Assembly: GCA_964187785.1 (NCBI GenBank)
Contig: OZ076414.1
Span: 19,468,001 to 19,532,000 of the forward strand
Length of the DNA: 64,000 nt
Source: Amphiscolops sp. MND2022
Lineage: Eukaryota
Reading direction: 5' to 3'
Below, piece by piece: positions 45,900 to 59,500 of the stretch. Position 1 is the stretch's first letter; every line of letters starts with the position of its first letter. The translations under genes and the position numbers were made by a program. The notes below the pieces were generated by a model. It was not told the DNA's origin and made no database searches. It saw nothing but the letters and a program-made list of their open reading frames with translations.

Positions 45900-48800
45900 G
45901 TTTCCTAACACCTGCAGACTTCCTAATCGGGACCTCGGAAGTAGTTGAAGACTCTACAACCAAAGATGTGTCTCTGCAAGGAACGAACGTCGGAATTTGT
46001 TCCGCCACTCCCGTGGTCGTAGCAACATCTGTAGTTGATCTAGCCGCCACTAGATCAGGCGCAACTGTAGTTGGACTTGTGTCAAGGAAGCAATTTGGCT
46101 AGTACTTGCTAGAGTTGTTCCCCCAGAACCGTCTGGTATTTCTTGAGTGAGCCATGCTGTAGTTTTGCCTTTCCGAACGACATACATCACAAGAAAAGGC
46201 GCAGTGTGAGGTCCAGCACAAAAAACACACTCTTCGTCGGGATAATTGATGACAGCAGGGAATAGTATTTTCCTCTTAAGCAGATTTTCCGAGCGAGTCT
46301 TCCCCCTCACGGAAGAAGTGTTGCGGTGTGTGAACTGAACTCGTTGCAGAAATACATGGAAACTGACACGAAGAGACGAATTCCTTGCCCTCATTGCTTT
46401 GTTTATAGTCTGCACTGCCCGTTCGGCAAGTCCATTACGCCTTGGATTGTGAATTGGACTCTCTAATTTGGTGCAAACTTGAGCCTGTAACCACGTGACA
46501 ACTTTGTCGTTGATAAAGTCCCCACCATTGTCGGAAAAAAATGTGTGCTGGACCCCAAATCTCCCAAAAATGGCGGTCACACGATGTATGACTTTTCCGT
46601 GGAGAGGTCGCCGCATATAGAGGATTCTATCCAACCAGAACTAGCGTCGACAATGATACGATTGTTTCCTCACTCTTGGATATAAGCCAATCCTTGTGTA
46701 GTCTCTCTCATTATTCTGCATCTGGCTAAGTATTGACAGCTTTCTCAGTTCGTGGTCAGACTTTTGGACATTCAGAGCAGGAACTTATGATTTTTTCAAC
46801 ATCTTTTCCGGGCTCAGGCCACCAATACATTATGTTCAAGATCTTTTTAGTCGCCTGGACACCAAGATGCGTATCATGAGCTCGTTCAATGACGATGTCC
46901 TGCATTCTGGATGGAATGTAAGGTCTAGTTCCGTTGTATAGCAGCCCGTTGTCGACTGTGAGGAAACCAGATCCTTTCTTGAAAGTAGTCTCTCCTTGAG
47001 TACATGCTTGAGTACTTTCTAATCGCTATCGATTACATACCTGATACTTCGCTTCGCCAAATCATCACGTTCACATTCACTCCTCAACTCTTTGAATGGA
47101 ATGAGTTTATGATCCACAAAGTAAACACAGAATTATTCAAGATTGGGTCTTAAGTAGTCGACTAGATTGCACTCGTTGTCATACTGATCGAAACTCAGCC
47201 TACTCATGGCGTCAACATGAGGAATCGAAGAACCTTCTTAGTATTTAATCTCATAATCAAAGGTAATTCGCGAAATTGCCCATCTTGTGATTTTTGCTGA
47301 TGCGGATTTTGGGATTTCCTTGTTCTGAGCAAATATGAAGTTCAGAGGACGATGATCAGTTTCGAGCTTGAATTTCCGACCAAGTAAGAAATGTTTCAAG
47401 CATTTTACCACTAACACAATCGAAACGGCTTCACGCTAAATTTTAGAGTACCTTTGCTCAGCTTGAGACAATGTCTTTGACATAAACTACAGAGTTCCCG
47501 TTTTGAGATAGGATTCCGCCAATAGCTTTCGCATGTGATCGTTAGTTCCTTTTTCAGAGAATAGGGCTGATCAACAAATTACGATGTTATTTCAGACTTC
47601 ATGCTTTCGAATGCTCGTTGATTTTTTTTCAGTCCAGTGGAACTCAGCCTCCAACCTCTTCCTCAGAACAGATGTTCTGGAAATTTTCGAAGTGAATTTT
47701 GGGATGAACCGGCCGTAGAAGTTGATCAAACCACAAAACTGTTTAAGATCTTTAACACTTTGGGGGGAATGGACTTTCGTGACTTTATTGACAAGGCGAT
47801 CATCGGACACATTTCCGCTTCCTGAAAATGTGAATCCGAGAAATGTGATTTTCTCCATGATGTTTCCAGACTTGATTTCGTTAATAGTGAACCCCTTTTC
47901 TTTCAGGCGATCTTGAATTGCCCTCCAACGCTTCTCACAATGACTGTTTGTTCTTCCGTGTACGAGTACGTTGTTGTTCGAACCAATTCTTTGAGAGTGT
48001 TCTCGATTGTTCGCTGGAACATTCAGGTTGAATTTTTTTCTTGAGGTAGTCTGAGACCGAGCGTTGTTTCGATGAAACAAATATCTTGCGCCACATCATC
48101 CAGCAATATTTGGTGATAAAAAGATGATAAGCCAATCTTGACGTAAAATGTTGATCCTTCTAGCTCATGAAACAATGTTTCAATGTCGGAAAGCGGGTAA
48201 TCTTTAGTAACGATCTTGTCGATTATTTGAACTTTGATGTCTGCACAAAGCCTGAAAGTTCCGTCTTTTTTTCTTTGCAACACGACTGGCGAGGCATTCA
48301 TGTCACCTTCTCGATCGACTGGAGCAATTATACTTTGTGCCTGAAGTTTCGCTAATTCAACCACGACCTGCGCTTCAATGGCAAGTAGAACATTCCGAGC
48401 ACGTTAAAAACAGGTTTTGCGTCAGGTTTCAGTTTGATGTTAGCCCTAACTCCAATGGCAGGCAAGACTTTTACATCAGATAAAGACGCGTTGTGCATGT
48501 GTTCAATTCGGGTCATGTTTCTGCCAATCAATCCGAATACTCTCGCGGACTCGATAACTGCAACGTCAACGCTTCCTAACTTCGTTTTCCATGGGATCTC
48601 CAACTTTAGATGACAAACTTACTGCAGTCTGTGTCCAGCATACGCTTCAGTTCATCGGAGGTGAGTGCTCAAGGCAGTTTAGCCAGTTCTCTGCTAGTTT
48701 TGTGTTGCGATAATGGTCACTGAAGAACCAGTATGGTTCTGCATTCGAACGTCATGACCAATAAACTTGATACTAGTAAAATCAGTTTTGCTTCCAATGT

Positions 48801-50000
48801 GATGGAACTCTTCTACAGTCGCGACTTGTTCTGTAAAATACATGGTTTTTTCGGATGAGAAAGGATCTTCGAATTCTCGATGTTCACAAGTAAGATACAC
48901 TATTGCATTTGATTTTTGATAGGTTTTCCAGCAAATCGCGAGGCTTCTTGTTTTCAGCTTACACATTCTGCAATAGTGTCCCTGCATCGAACAATTGTGA
49001 CACTTTTCAATCGTAGCAGGGCATCCATAAAGTGGGTGGAATAACTTTGAACACATCCGTCTTACTGCTCTGGCTTCTCAGGGCAACTCAGATCTTTTCT
49101 TTAAATTTGGGGCCACGTGTTTCCGCATATGCAACTACACTTGAAGTTTACTGACGAACTGAGCTCTCTGCAATTCTCTTGGCTCTGGGTTCTAAATTGA
49201 ATGAGCCGAAGCAGTTCTTCCACAGTCAAGCTGTTGTTTGCTCTGAGGGCTCAAGTAACTTGAGCTTGGGTTTGCAGTCTCGTAGTCTGGTGATAAATTG
49301 TAATCGGATCAGTTCAGCTTCAGGATCTGGATGAGCTTTGAGATCGACAAACTTGCAATAACGGGCAGCCTGTTAGAGACTAGCAAGTTAGTCCCCCTTA
49401 AGACAACTGAAAAAAGCCAGTGCGTTCTGCAACCACCAATCTCATGTGGCTTCAAATACTTGATGAGATTCGTCTAAATGTCTATGCATTTCATGTCTTC
49501 AATGTTCCTGGGCGCGACGAGGAGGCCGCATTGGCTCATAAAGAAATAAGTCACCTGATAATCGTTTGCTATGGCAAGGACAGCTGGCGGTTCACTACTT
49601 CTAGGTTTTTCGTCGATGTCCCATTTCTTTTCCAGCACGCGCTCGCGCCTTCTCCGCCTTGATCCCCATAAATGCTTGATCGGGTTCCCTGAGGCTCAAT
49701 TCTGGTGTACCCCTTCATTTTGGTGAAGAACATTCGAGAAAACACGATTCCAACTATTTTCGGTTCAAGGGCTAAAAATTACCAACGAGCTTTGAGTCCA
49801 AGACTCTAAAAGCTCACCTTTAGGACTAAAGCGGGAGTTCTGAGTTCGAGATTGCTGCGCTGATGAATAGTTTTGTATTTTTCAACGAAAAATTCACTTC
49901 GCTGCTCCTATTTGCTCAAAACTTTGTGGTAACTTGAATGATTGGACAGTCCAATGTTCTCAGGTCTTCAAAGAAATCCGGTTACCCTGTATTTTGACAA
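45900..50000 (-). mobile_element. Degenerate Ty3/Gypsy relic
   Basis: Knuckle CHNCSMQGHYCRMC; RT ASPVVLQRKKDGTFRLCAD; RNase H ETDHRPL; integrase FSDNG...NGLAER. Boundaries approximate. Confidence 0.85.
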
Positions 50001-50389
50001 AATACTATGCCGCATAAATTTGTGAAACTTCGCAATGGAGCCATCAGCTGAGTTACCATTTGAAGTTGATAGTTGTTACTTCTGTTGAGTGTGATAGAAC
50101 TGTTAATCAGATCGCCACAGGATCTTTCTCGTATTTTTCAGTTCTTCAGTCTTCAGAGAGTTGTATTCGTCTTTTGATTTGTTCACGGACTCTGGGTTCA
50201 GGCTAAAACCGGACAGGCGTGGACGATTTCTTGTAGTAGTTCAGGCAAACTGATTTGAAGACTTTCATTAAAATTTTTCAGTGAATTGGCAGCAATGAAT
50301 TTGAGTATGTTGACCTGGAAATGTCTTCTGGCCTGGACACCATTTGTCGTAATTCCTGCTGATCAAAACTTTATTCACAAAAAACTAGC

Positions 50390-50500
50390 TTTCACTAGAA
50401 GGCACGTACCAACGGGATATCGACATCTAAAACGAAGCAAACATCGATTACAGCAAAATATAATAAAGATAAACAAATCAGTATACGCATCGGAAAAAAA
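50390..50500 (-). pseudogene. Short Penelope RT-thumb remnant
   Basis: Similar to 45225-45320 (CACTAGAAGGCAC...CGACATCTAAAA...ATCAGTATAC). Confidence 0.5.
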
Positions 50501-51099
50501 CGTGAATCAGAGTGTCGGATTTGTTCAGGTGTTTTGGTGTCCAAAACCGATATCTCGCATACTTTGCATTTGCGGAGTAGGCACACTCGCCAGCTGATGT
50601 GTTCACTGATGAGTCTTTAAAAGATGTTGCTTTGTTTTAGGAAAGAAGCGTCGTTGTCCCTTTGTTTAGTGCCTTCTAAAGGTTACAGAGACTACAGGTT
50701 TTACACGCTTCAGGACACCTCTGAGGAATCGGAGGACATACACGCACAAAAAAGTGTCTGTGGCGACTTAGCATTAAGATGCACTGTAATGTCGGACTAA
50801 GTTTCTCCAAAAAGTTGCATCCAGAAATTTCCTACCTTTCCGAAACTGGACTGAGGTACTATTGGATCTTAAGCATTAAAGCATCTGACAAGGTTGAAGA
50901 CGATGTATTGGGTCAGGTATGGGTATTGATAATGACCAAAGATAGGCGCAATGAGTCGTCGATGTTCGAGAAATTTGTTGACTGTTCCTGGAAAAAAACA
51001 ACAAAGTAGAGTTTTGAAACTAAGTTATTGAGAGACTGTTATTACAAAGGTTAACTTTAAAACAAAAATAGCATCAATAAAAAGTGGAATGGTGAATAT

Positions 51100-51680
51100 T
51101 CTTGCCTTTGCCATCTCTGCAAACGGCAAGACACGGTATGAGAAAAACAGTATTGTTAATGGTATTGAAAAACTTTCAAGGTTTTGGTATTGGTATTGAC
51201 CATCTAAGTATTGGTATTGCAATCTCTGCCTTTGATGCTGGAAAATCTACGAGCAAATTTGAAAGACATTTTGAAGCGTCGGTTTTTGAAACAGAGAAAA
51301 AAGTTCGGTAACAAACTCGCTGGAAAACTTCCATATCATTTCCGTTATTTCCAGGAACTGATTGATTTTGCAGTCTAATTTCCTTGCACAAGTTGCACAA
51401 TCCACGAAGCGATTGCACGAAACGTTGACAAACACTTTTCTTAAGTTATCTGTGAGCGAAGCGTCAGTTGAAAGAGCGTTCTCCTGTATTAAGATTGTTC
51501 ATAATCGCTTACGTTGAAGATTTTCAACGGAGAGCCTCTAAAACAAACTATTGTTGAGAAACAATTTAGTTCCAATTTTGAAAATTGCCAGCAATCCTGA
51601 CAATTTCGATTTTGAAAAAGAAATAAGTTCATGGAATAACATTCAATATAACTTCGATGATTCTGTTGTTAGTTTGGATA
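51100..51680 (+). pseudogene. hAT transposase C-terminal remnant
   Basis: RWKTSISFPLF...SVSEASVERAFSCIKIVHNRLR matches the hAT dimerisation domain pattern; contains stops. Confidence 0.7.
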
Positions 51681-52129
51681 ATGATCATGAATATAAGTGA
51701 AAGTTTATCTTGTTGTTTTGATGCTGGACCTAAAAGCTGGATCCAGCAAAGCATCTGCTGGTTCCAATGTCCTGCACGCTTTGATGGATCCAGCAAACTT
51801 TGCAGGACTGTTAATGTATTTTAATCTACAGAAGATAGGACACTTAGCGTTCAGTTCACCTAAGGTTGCTATGGGTGAGATTTGTGCTGCCAGTTCATTG
51901 TACAGTTGTTCCGTAGGTTTCAAAATCATTTTGCGTAAGCGTTCTCGAGATATTGTACACAACGGTCCTGGTTTCAGCACAAACCCAGTGTCCGTGAGCA
52001 AATCAAAAACTGTTTAGTTACCTCAATTCTGAAAACCTGAAAAACGAGAGCAGTCCTGTGACACAATTTGATGAAGAACACTATCGCAGCCTTCAAAATG
52101 TGATTCAGCTGTTGGCTTCACAGCGAAGT

Positions 52130-54560
52130 ATAAAAACACGTCCCGCCTTGTATTTTGTCAAGGTACAGGATCAACTGATATCTCTGAAGAGCTGAGAACA
52201 TTGGACGTTCCATTCTTTCACAACACGACTGACATTCTGAGCAAAACAGAGCAGCGCAGCGAAGTAGTCGTTTGAAATGTGAAGCGTTACATCAATCCGG
52301 CAATCTCGAACTCACATTCTTCGCTTTTGTTCTACTTTTTTGCGATTGTCTTCATAACATAAACACCGAGCGAAGAACTCACGAGCAGCCGAGAGAAGCA
52401 TAGCGATAAAGCGAAGACAACTAAAAGTCAGTTTTTAGAAACTTGAACTCAGAACTACTGTTGTTACCGCGTAATAGTTTTTCTAAATAAAGGTGAGTAT
52501 TTGGAGTCTTGAGTCTGAAAATGTTCGAATTCGCTTTTTTCATAAATTCCTCATCAAACTCACTGGTTAGGCAGTATTTCAACCTCAAGCAGGCCGATCT
52601 ACCAGTTTTGTGACTCAAGGCGTTCGAGCCGCGAGCGCGGGTTGAAAAAAAGGGACATCGTGGCAACAGTAGGAGCTAGCGCATTGACTGCTATCGAAGC
52701 GACAAATTTTCAAGTGACTGAGTTCTCCATGAGCCAGTGCGGCCTCGAAGCGCTGATAAAACTCAGTAGCCTCGTCGCGCCCAAAAGCTTGAAGAAGTTA
52801 TATTCATAAGACACTCAAGAACTACTTGAAGCCACAAGAGACTCTGGTCGTTGAAGGAAGAACGCTGTGGATTCTTTCAGATGTAATAATGGGGCGAAAA
52901 AGCAGAATTCGACTACCATATTAGCCACCTGGTAGGCTGCCGATTATTGCATGTTTCTGCATCTCAAAACTTCTTCGGATACTGATGCTGATGAACCAAA
53001 TACAAAATATGGTAGGACTACGAGAGAGCGAATTCAAGCTGAAAATACTAGAAGAAATCAAAGCAAACGACAACTTGACTATAGAAGGACTGTTTAGGCA
53101 CAATAAGGAGAAACTCAGGCCAAGAGATTTGCTGAAAACTCAGTTCAACACAGTCAATCTTGAGTTCCGTTGGATACTTTTGAATACGTAGCCAAAACAG
53201 TCCACTGTGTGGAGAATGTGGACGGAAGCCATTTCATCCAATTGGTGAGTTCCCTGTTAAGGATGAAAATGTCACTATTGTTGGAAACAAGGAAACTAAT
53301 CCAAATTGTGCATTGCTACAAACTCAGGGAGCCACGCGAACAGCTTCGAAAACATATCGAAAACCAAGTTCATCGGTGTACCATGCTTGTGCATTATAGA
53401 TATCAGGAGACCCTCCCTCAACTAAAGAAATCATGTGTTTTGCAGAACCAATCGCCATGGCTGAAGAGGCCATCACAAAGGAAATCAAATTGATTTTCAT
53501 AGCATCAGGCTAAAAAGTCACGACGTTCGATTGCAGAACACAATGGTTCTTCAGTAACCATTATCTCACCAATATTATGGCGGAGAATTGGCTCTCCGAC
53601 ATTGAGCACTAACTTCTCTGGATTGATCTTAACCTTGACACAGAATGCAGCACATTGGTCATCTAAAGTTTAGGATCCCCTGCGAGACAAAAAACTGATG
53701 CGTTGACGTTGAAGTTATTGAGTCCGAGCATTCATGCAGATGGTCAGAGACGTTATCCGAAATGATTACATTCATGTTTTGCCTGCCGTCTTGAGAGTTA
53801 AAGGTATTATCAATCTGAGGCCGGAAGCAAAACCTGTTTTTGCCATGATCTGAATGTTCTTCCATTAGAACTCAAATCGAGGTTGAGTGGGCGAAAATTC
53901 AGGCCCCGGAAATCTTTCGCACAGTAAAACTAGGGGCGTTATGAATGACTCCACAGTTGTTTTGTGCAGGTTTCAGAGATCATATTAAAGAGAAGAGCAT
54001 AACTGAAGACTACCAGCTTCGTACCATGGAAACAATATTTCATGAGCTGGAAGGATTAAAGTTTCGTGTCAAGATTGCCTCATAATCTGCAAATTATCAG
54101 ATAGAGCTCCATGATGGAGCGCAACATTTTGCTTCATGGGCATAAGCAACACGTGGTTTCTTCAAGCAACGTCGACGACCGCAAGGAGAACGAACATTGC
54201 ATCCGGAATTTTCCAGCGCGAACACTCGCGAACTCAGATCGAAGCTGACCATCGTCTTCCGGAATTCATTATAGCTGCAAACAGGGAACTCCCAAAAGCC
54301 ATATCAGCAAGAATTCCACGTCGGCAGTTTTGGTTATGGTCTTTGAGTTTGAGATTAAGTTCAAGGAAAGTTCTTTGATTCCTCATGCCAATGTTAATAA
54401 GATGACCAGAGAAGTACTCATCATTGTGTACAGGCAACCAAAAATAATGGGAACCTAAAGTCTTGTTGGATTGGTGCGGAAAACATCTTGAAAAATTCAT
54501 GAGTGCCTGCTGTGATTGTACAAAAAACGGTCAATAAAGCGGTCGAAACATAATCAAACG
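52130..54560 (+). mobile_element. Highly degenerate Gypsy relic related to 45900-50000
   Basis: METIFHELEG (about 54026) versus IETLFHELEG; ANDNLTIEGL versus ANNSLTVEEL; 52130-52315 is an inverted homologue of 49840-50000. Confidence 0.6.
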
Positions 54561-54799
54561 GAACAAACTTGGGACAGGCTACCCATGGAAAAGGTTAAAA
54601 ACGAGCAAATAGGCAACATCCTTTTTTTAGTTGGCGCGTTTTCCTTTTAGGGAAAAATGCCCGACTATAGCAGTGACCTTTTTTTCTTCAGACTACAATC
54701 CTCACACTGATCGGTCCACTTTCCTTACAATTCTTACAAATCTTAAAATCTTACAATTCTGACTTAGCAAAATTAAATTACTTGCGAAGTAGTATTTTT

Positions 54800-55105
54800 A
54801 CATCTTCTTAGAAACTCAAAGGGACCAAAGGGTACGCCCCCCTTAGAGTATTTTCGGCTCTGTGAGACTTTTTTTTCGAAAAAAATTTTAATGTCTCAAA
54901 AGGGTCACCCCTTCGAGTTTTCTCATATTTTGCAACTGAATGTATGTTAATCAATCCCAAAGGGTCCCCCCTTCTACATTTTTCGGCACTATGCGACTTT
55001 TTCTGAAATTTTTTTTTCAAAAATTTTAAGTTTTTTTCCAAAAAAATGTTTTGCGCTTTTTGAGCTTTAGATATGGCGCCGACTTGGGCCGTTCCCGGCT
55101 TGTTT
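54800..55105 (+). repeat. Non-autonomous repeat with internal AAGGGT..CCCC sub-repeats and a GC-rich 3' end
   Basis: Three AAGGGT-CCCC motifs; ends GGCGCCGACTTGGGCCGTTCCCGGCTTGTT; TTTCG-CACT-TGCGACTTT also occurs near 43510. Family unassigned. Confidence 0.4.
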
Positions 55106-56590
55106 TGTGTTGTGGACGCTGGTTTTGATTAGATAGAAGCGGTCATTTGCAGTGAATGTTCCACGGAAGAGCTCATACAGTGTCTGTGTGTTTCGTGGAA
55201 GGTTTGGCATCCCGCACACATTAGAGTCTGACAACGATAAACTTATCAACGACACAGTTGTCACGTCGTTCCAGTAAGAAGTACTTGCTGAACGGGATCG
55301 GCAGACTGTCAAGAGTGCAATAAGGGCATGGATCGTCTTTTCGTGTATGTTTTCTTGCACTTTAGCAAGGATTACTGTTCACATACCAAAATTCTTCCTC
55401 CTTGATAAAAAAGGCTTTCTCGGCACTTCTGGTGTTTTTTGATCTTCTGCGTCCTGCTTACTAAAACACAAAATATATCGGTGATAAGGTGAAAGATTCG
55501 GATTCAGCCTTTTGCTCCGATATCACGTCAAAGTTATGGATCGTATTGAGAAAAATTATTGTGGTTATATATTGAGAATAGCTAATATCAAACAAAAATT
55601 GAAAGTTCTGATCCAACTCATATTGCGAAAAATCAAGCAAGGGATTTTTAACATCGTTTCAGTTGCCTAATCAAAACATCGAAGACGGCTATTGCGAAGA
55701 GCACATGTTCTTCCTAAAGATGGCAATTTTACATGGGAACAAAAAGGGACAAATCGGGACAACAAATGTCATAGGTCATGAGACATTTTGTTTCAGATGT
55801 TGAAACTAAAAAGTATTAGGAAGAATCAACAAAACAATGCGCTTCTCTAAAAACTTCTGCTACATCAGCATCATAAGAGATTTCAGGAAAGGAAGCGATG
55901 GCGAAGTTTCCAAGGAACACATAACTGAATTGAAGAATGGTACCTCCAATAGTTCCAAGAAGTAAAAGACAAAATCCGAAAGACTCTGATTTACTCGCTC
56001 CTCGTTGCCAAAGATGAATTGACAGCATCCTGAATTTGTATATTTGCATGTTTTGTTATGCACTTGATAGCGAACGCCTTCTACAGCGAACGCCTTCTGC
56101 AGCGAACGACGAGCAGTAGTAGACAGCAGCACATCCGACTATGTTGAGGCGTTACAGCTTTTCATTCGCCACCAATTTCGGCAGTCATGAAGTAAAGAAT
56201 CGGACAGTCATTTTGTTGCTCAAGCATCTCTTGGGTTGGGGTGAAAAGACAGTCTCAAGAAATGCCAAAGTTTCAATTCCGAAAGTTAACGGAAGAAGGT
56301 GTATTGTTGTATTGGCTATGCACCATAGAAGCATAGGAGCACGTTAAAAAGCACTGTGAAAAAGCCCTCTTGATACTCGACCAGTTTTGTTGTAATATTT
56401 TGATCACAATGGTTTTTTGACACCTACTAGCAATTGGTGCATGTAGTCAAAGAGGACAAGTTCCGGTAATGTTAAAAAGTAGCCCAAAACTTCTCCAATG
56501 TAAACAGGTAAATTTTTCGAGAGCTGACTGACGCATTTTGTTTGTTCGAATGTTGTAAGTCTTGCCGAAAGGACTTATCCAAATTGTTTT

Positions 56591-59500
56591 TCTGAAGTCA
56601 AGCGCCCGATCATTGTACAATCGGGGCAGCCAAAACGAACATTTTGCGATCAAATCAAAGATTGCAAGAAAGAACTCTACTTGAACTTGTAATGTAAAAA
56701 GATGAGCTTGCAACTGGATAGAAAAGTAATAAAAGTCAATAGTGAATAAATTCCCTTTGGATCAGCTGTCTTTTTCAAAAACAAGCCAGTACAATCAAAG
56801 CCGATGTAACGACTTATGTTCGCGTCATTGTTTAGAGAAGAACTAATCTTCACTGATCTCGTCAGAGTCTGAAACTCACTAGACTCATTTTCCAAGGAGT
56901 TTTCATCTTGTTCTCTAAAGGATTCGTTTGGTTCGGATTTTAATGTTTCTAGAAGTTCCTTTTGGGATTCTGCATGGAGACTTCTTACTTCTGAGATGAT
57001 CTCCTCTTTTAAAGAGGCGCTGAGTCCTCTAATGCACTATTTTCTATTCTAGGGGATTTAGGTGAAAAACCTCCCAAAACTAGGCTGTTCTGATTGCTAG
57101 ACGCTACATTTTATACCAAAATGGGGGAACTTACGTCTTTCTTAACGGCTTCGGAGCTTTCTTGTCGAGTATTTTTCCTCTTCTGGCTTCTACTAGATAT
57201 TTCGGAGAAAAGATTCTAGTTTTCAACTTGAATTGATTCTTCATTGTTGAGTCTTCACAAAAGAAGAGTGAAATAGAGGTTAAAAACTCAGGGTTTACAG
57301 AAACTACTGTTTTTTAGCAAGGTAAAGGACTGAGTCCCTCAGTAATTTAATTGCATCGCATTTATACCCTCCAAGTATCATTTGATCACGAAGGGAATTA
57401 TGACTAGTTTCGTTTGCTTGAAATACTCGGAGATGCTAGCAAAATAGAGGAACCGGTTGTCAAAAGAAAGCACTCAATTTGGGGATGGATTATTTTCCAC
57501 TATCTTCAACATCTAAATTAACATAAGTATTATGGTTTTGGGTTGACGTGGCAACAGCGTCAAATTAGATTAACACAAAGGAACTTTGAACAACAACATC
57601 AACTTTTGGTCACAAGTTTAGTAGTATTTGCATGTACAGCCATATTCGTTTACTTAGCGTTCAAAAGCATTTAAGCTGGCTTTTCTTAGAAGAGGCGTGA
57701 TTCTTTAGTGTGCCATCTCAATGTAATTTCTGTTTTAGCTCTGATTATGTTCTTTTCAAGGATAATTATTGATATGGTTTTCACTTAGATTAGTTTATGA
57801 TCTTTATTTCAAGACACGTATTAGTTTTGGTTTCAGGTGGAGAATGTTTTTATTTTGACGTGGCATAAACTCTCCAACGAAAATGCGTGAAATCATTTTG
57901 GTTCATTTAGTTTTCAGTAATCATTTTCATTTGTGATTTGCGCAAAATGGACGTTTTATCTCTCATTTTTAGTCACAGTTTTTTTCAAAGTTAGGAAGAA
58001 AGTCTAGTAACCGAAATACCATCTCTGGAATCTCTGATTGCACCCGTTACCTCTGCCGATACCTACTCGTTTACAGCAACAACTCAGACCGAGAGCTGGT
58101 TGTGACCGGGCCACACTTGTTGGACGAACGCTTCTGTCGGGTTGTCGTGCTTGGAATGGAACGAAAAATGTGGCGCGATGGCACTGATGGTCTTGGCAAT
58201 ATCCCTGAAATATCCCTGAATTCTGAAGTCAAGCGCCCGATCATTGTACAATCGGGCAGCCAAAACGAACATTTTGCGATCAAATCAAAGATTGCAAGAA
58301 AGAACTCTACTTGAACTTGTAATGTAAAAAGATTAGCTTGCAACTGGATAGAAAAGTAATAAAAGTCAATAGTGAATAGATTCCCTTTGGATCAGCTGTC
58401 TTTTTCAAAAACAAGCCAGTACAATCAAAGCCGATGTAACGACTTATGTTCGCGTCATTGTTTAGAGAAGAACTAATCTTCACTGATCTCGTCAGAGTCT
58501 GAAACTCACTAGACTCATTTTCCAAGGAGTTTTCATCTTGTTCTCTAAAGGATTCGTTTGGTTCGGATTTTAATGTTTCTAGAAGTTCCTTTTGGGATTC
58601 TGCATGGAGACTTCTTACTTCTGAGATGATCTCCTCTTTTAAAGAGGCGCTGAGTCCTCTAATGCACTATTTTCTATTCTAGGGGATTTAGGTGAAAAAC
58701 CTCCCAAAACTAGGCTGTTCTGATTGCTAGACGCTACATTTTATACCAAAATGGGGGAACTTACGTCTTTCTTAACGGCTTCGGAGCTTTCTTGTCGAGT
58801 ATTTTTCCTCTTCTGGCTTCTACTAGATATTTCGGAGAAAAGATTCTAGTTTTCAACTTGAATTGATTCTTCATTGTTGAGTCTTCACAAAAGAAGAGTG
58901 AAATAGAGGTTAAAAACTCAGGGTTTACAGAAACTACTGTTTTTTAGCGAGGTAAAGGACTGAGTCCCTCAGTAATTTAATTGCATCGCATTTATACCCT
59001 CCAAGTATCATTTGATCACGAAGGGAATTATGACTAGTTTCGTTTGCTTGAAATACTCGGAGATGCTAGCAAAATAGAGGAACCGGTTGTCAAAAGAAAG
59101 CACTCAATTTGGGGATGGATTATTTTCCACTATCTTCAACATCTAAATTAACATAAGTATTATGGTTTTGGGTTGACGTGGCAACAGCGTCAAATTAGAT
59201 TAACACAAAGGAACTTTGAACAACAACATCAACTTTTGGTCACAAGTTTAGTAGTATTTGCATGTACAGCCATATTCGTTTACTTAGAGTTCAAAAGCAT
59301 TTAAGCTGGCTTTTCTTAGAAGAGGCGTGATTCTTTAGTGTGCCATCTCAATGTAATTTCTGTTTTAGCTCTGATTATGTTCTTTTCAAGGATAATTATT
59401 GATATGGTTTTCACTTAGATTAGTTTATGATCTTTATTTCAAGACACGTATTAGTTTTGGTTTCAGGTGGAGAATGTTTTTATTTTGACGTGGCATAAAC

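Noticed and set aside
50600-50640. Second hammerhead (CTGATGAGTC...)
   Set aside because: There is no GAAA after stem II and no closing stem I; at most a decayed remnant.
55816-56132. Small hydrophobic ORFs
   Set aside because: No recognisable motif, overlapping alternative frames, and no convincing splice model.
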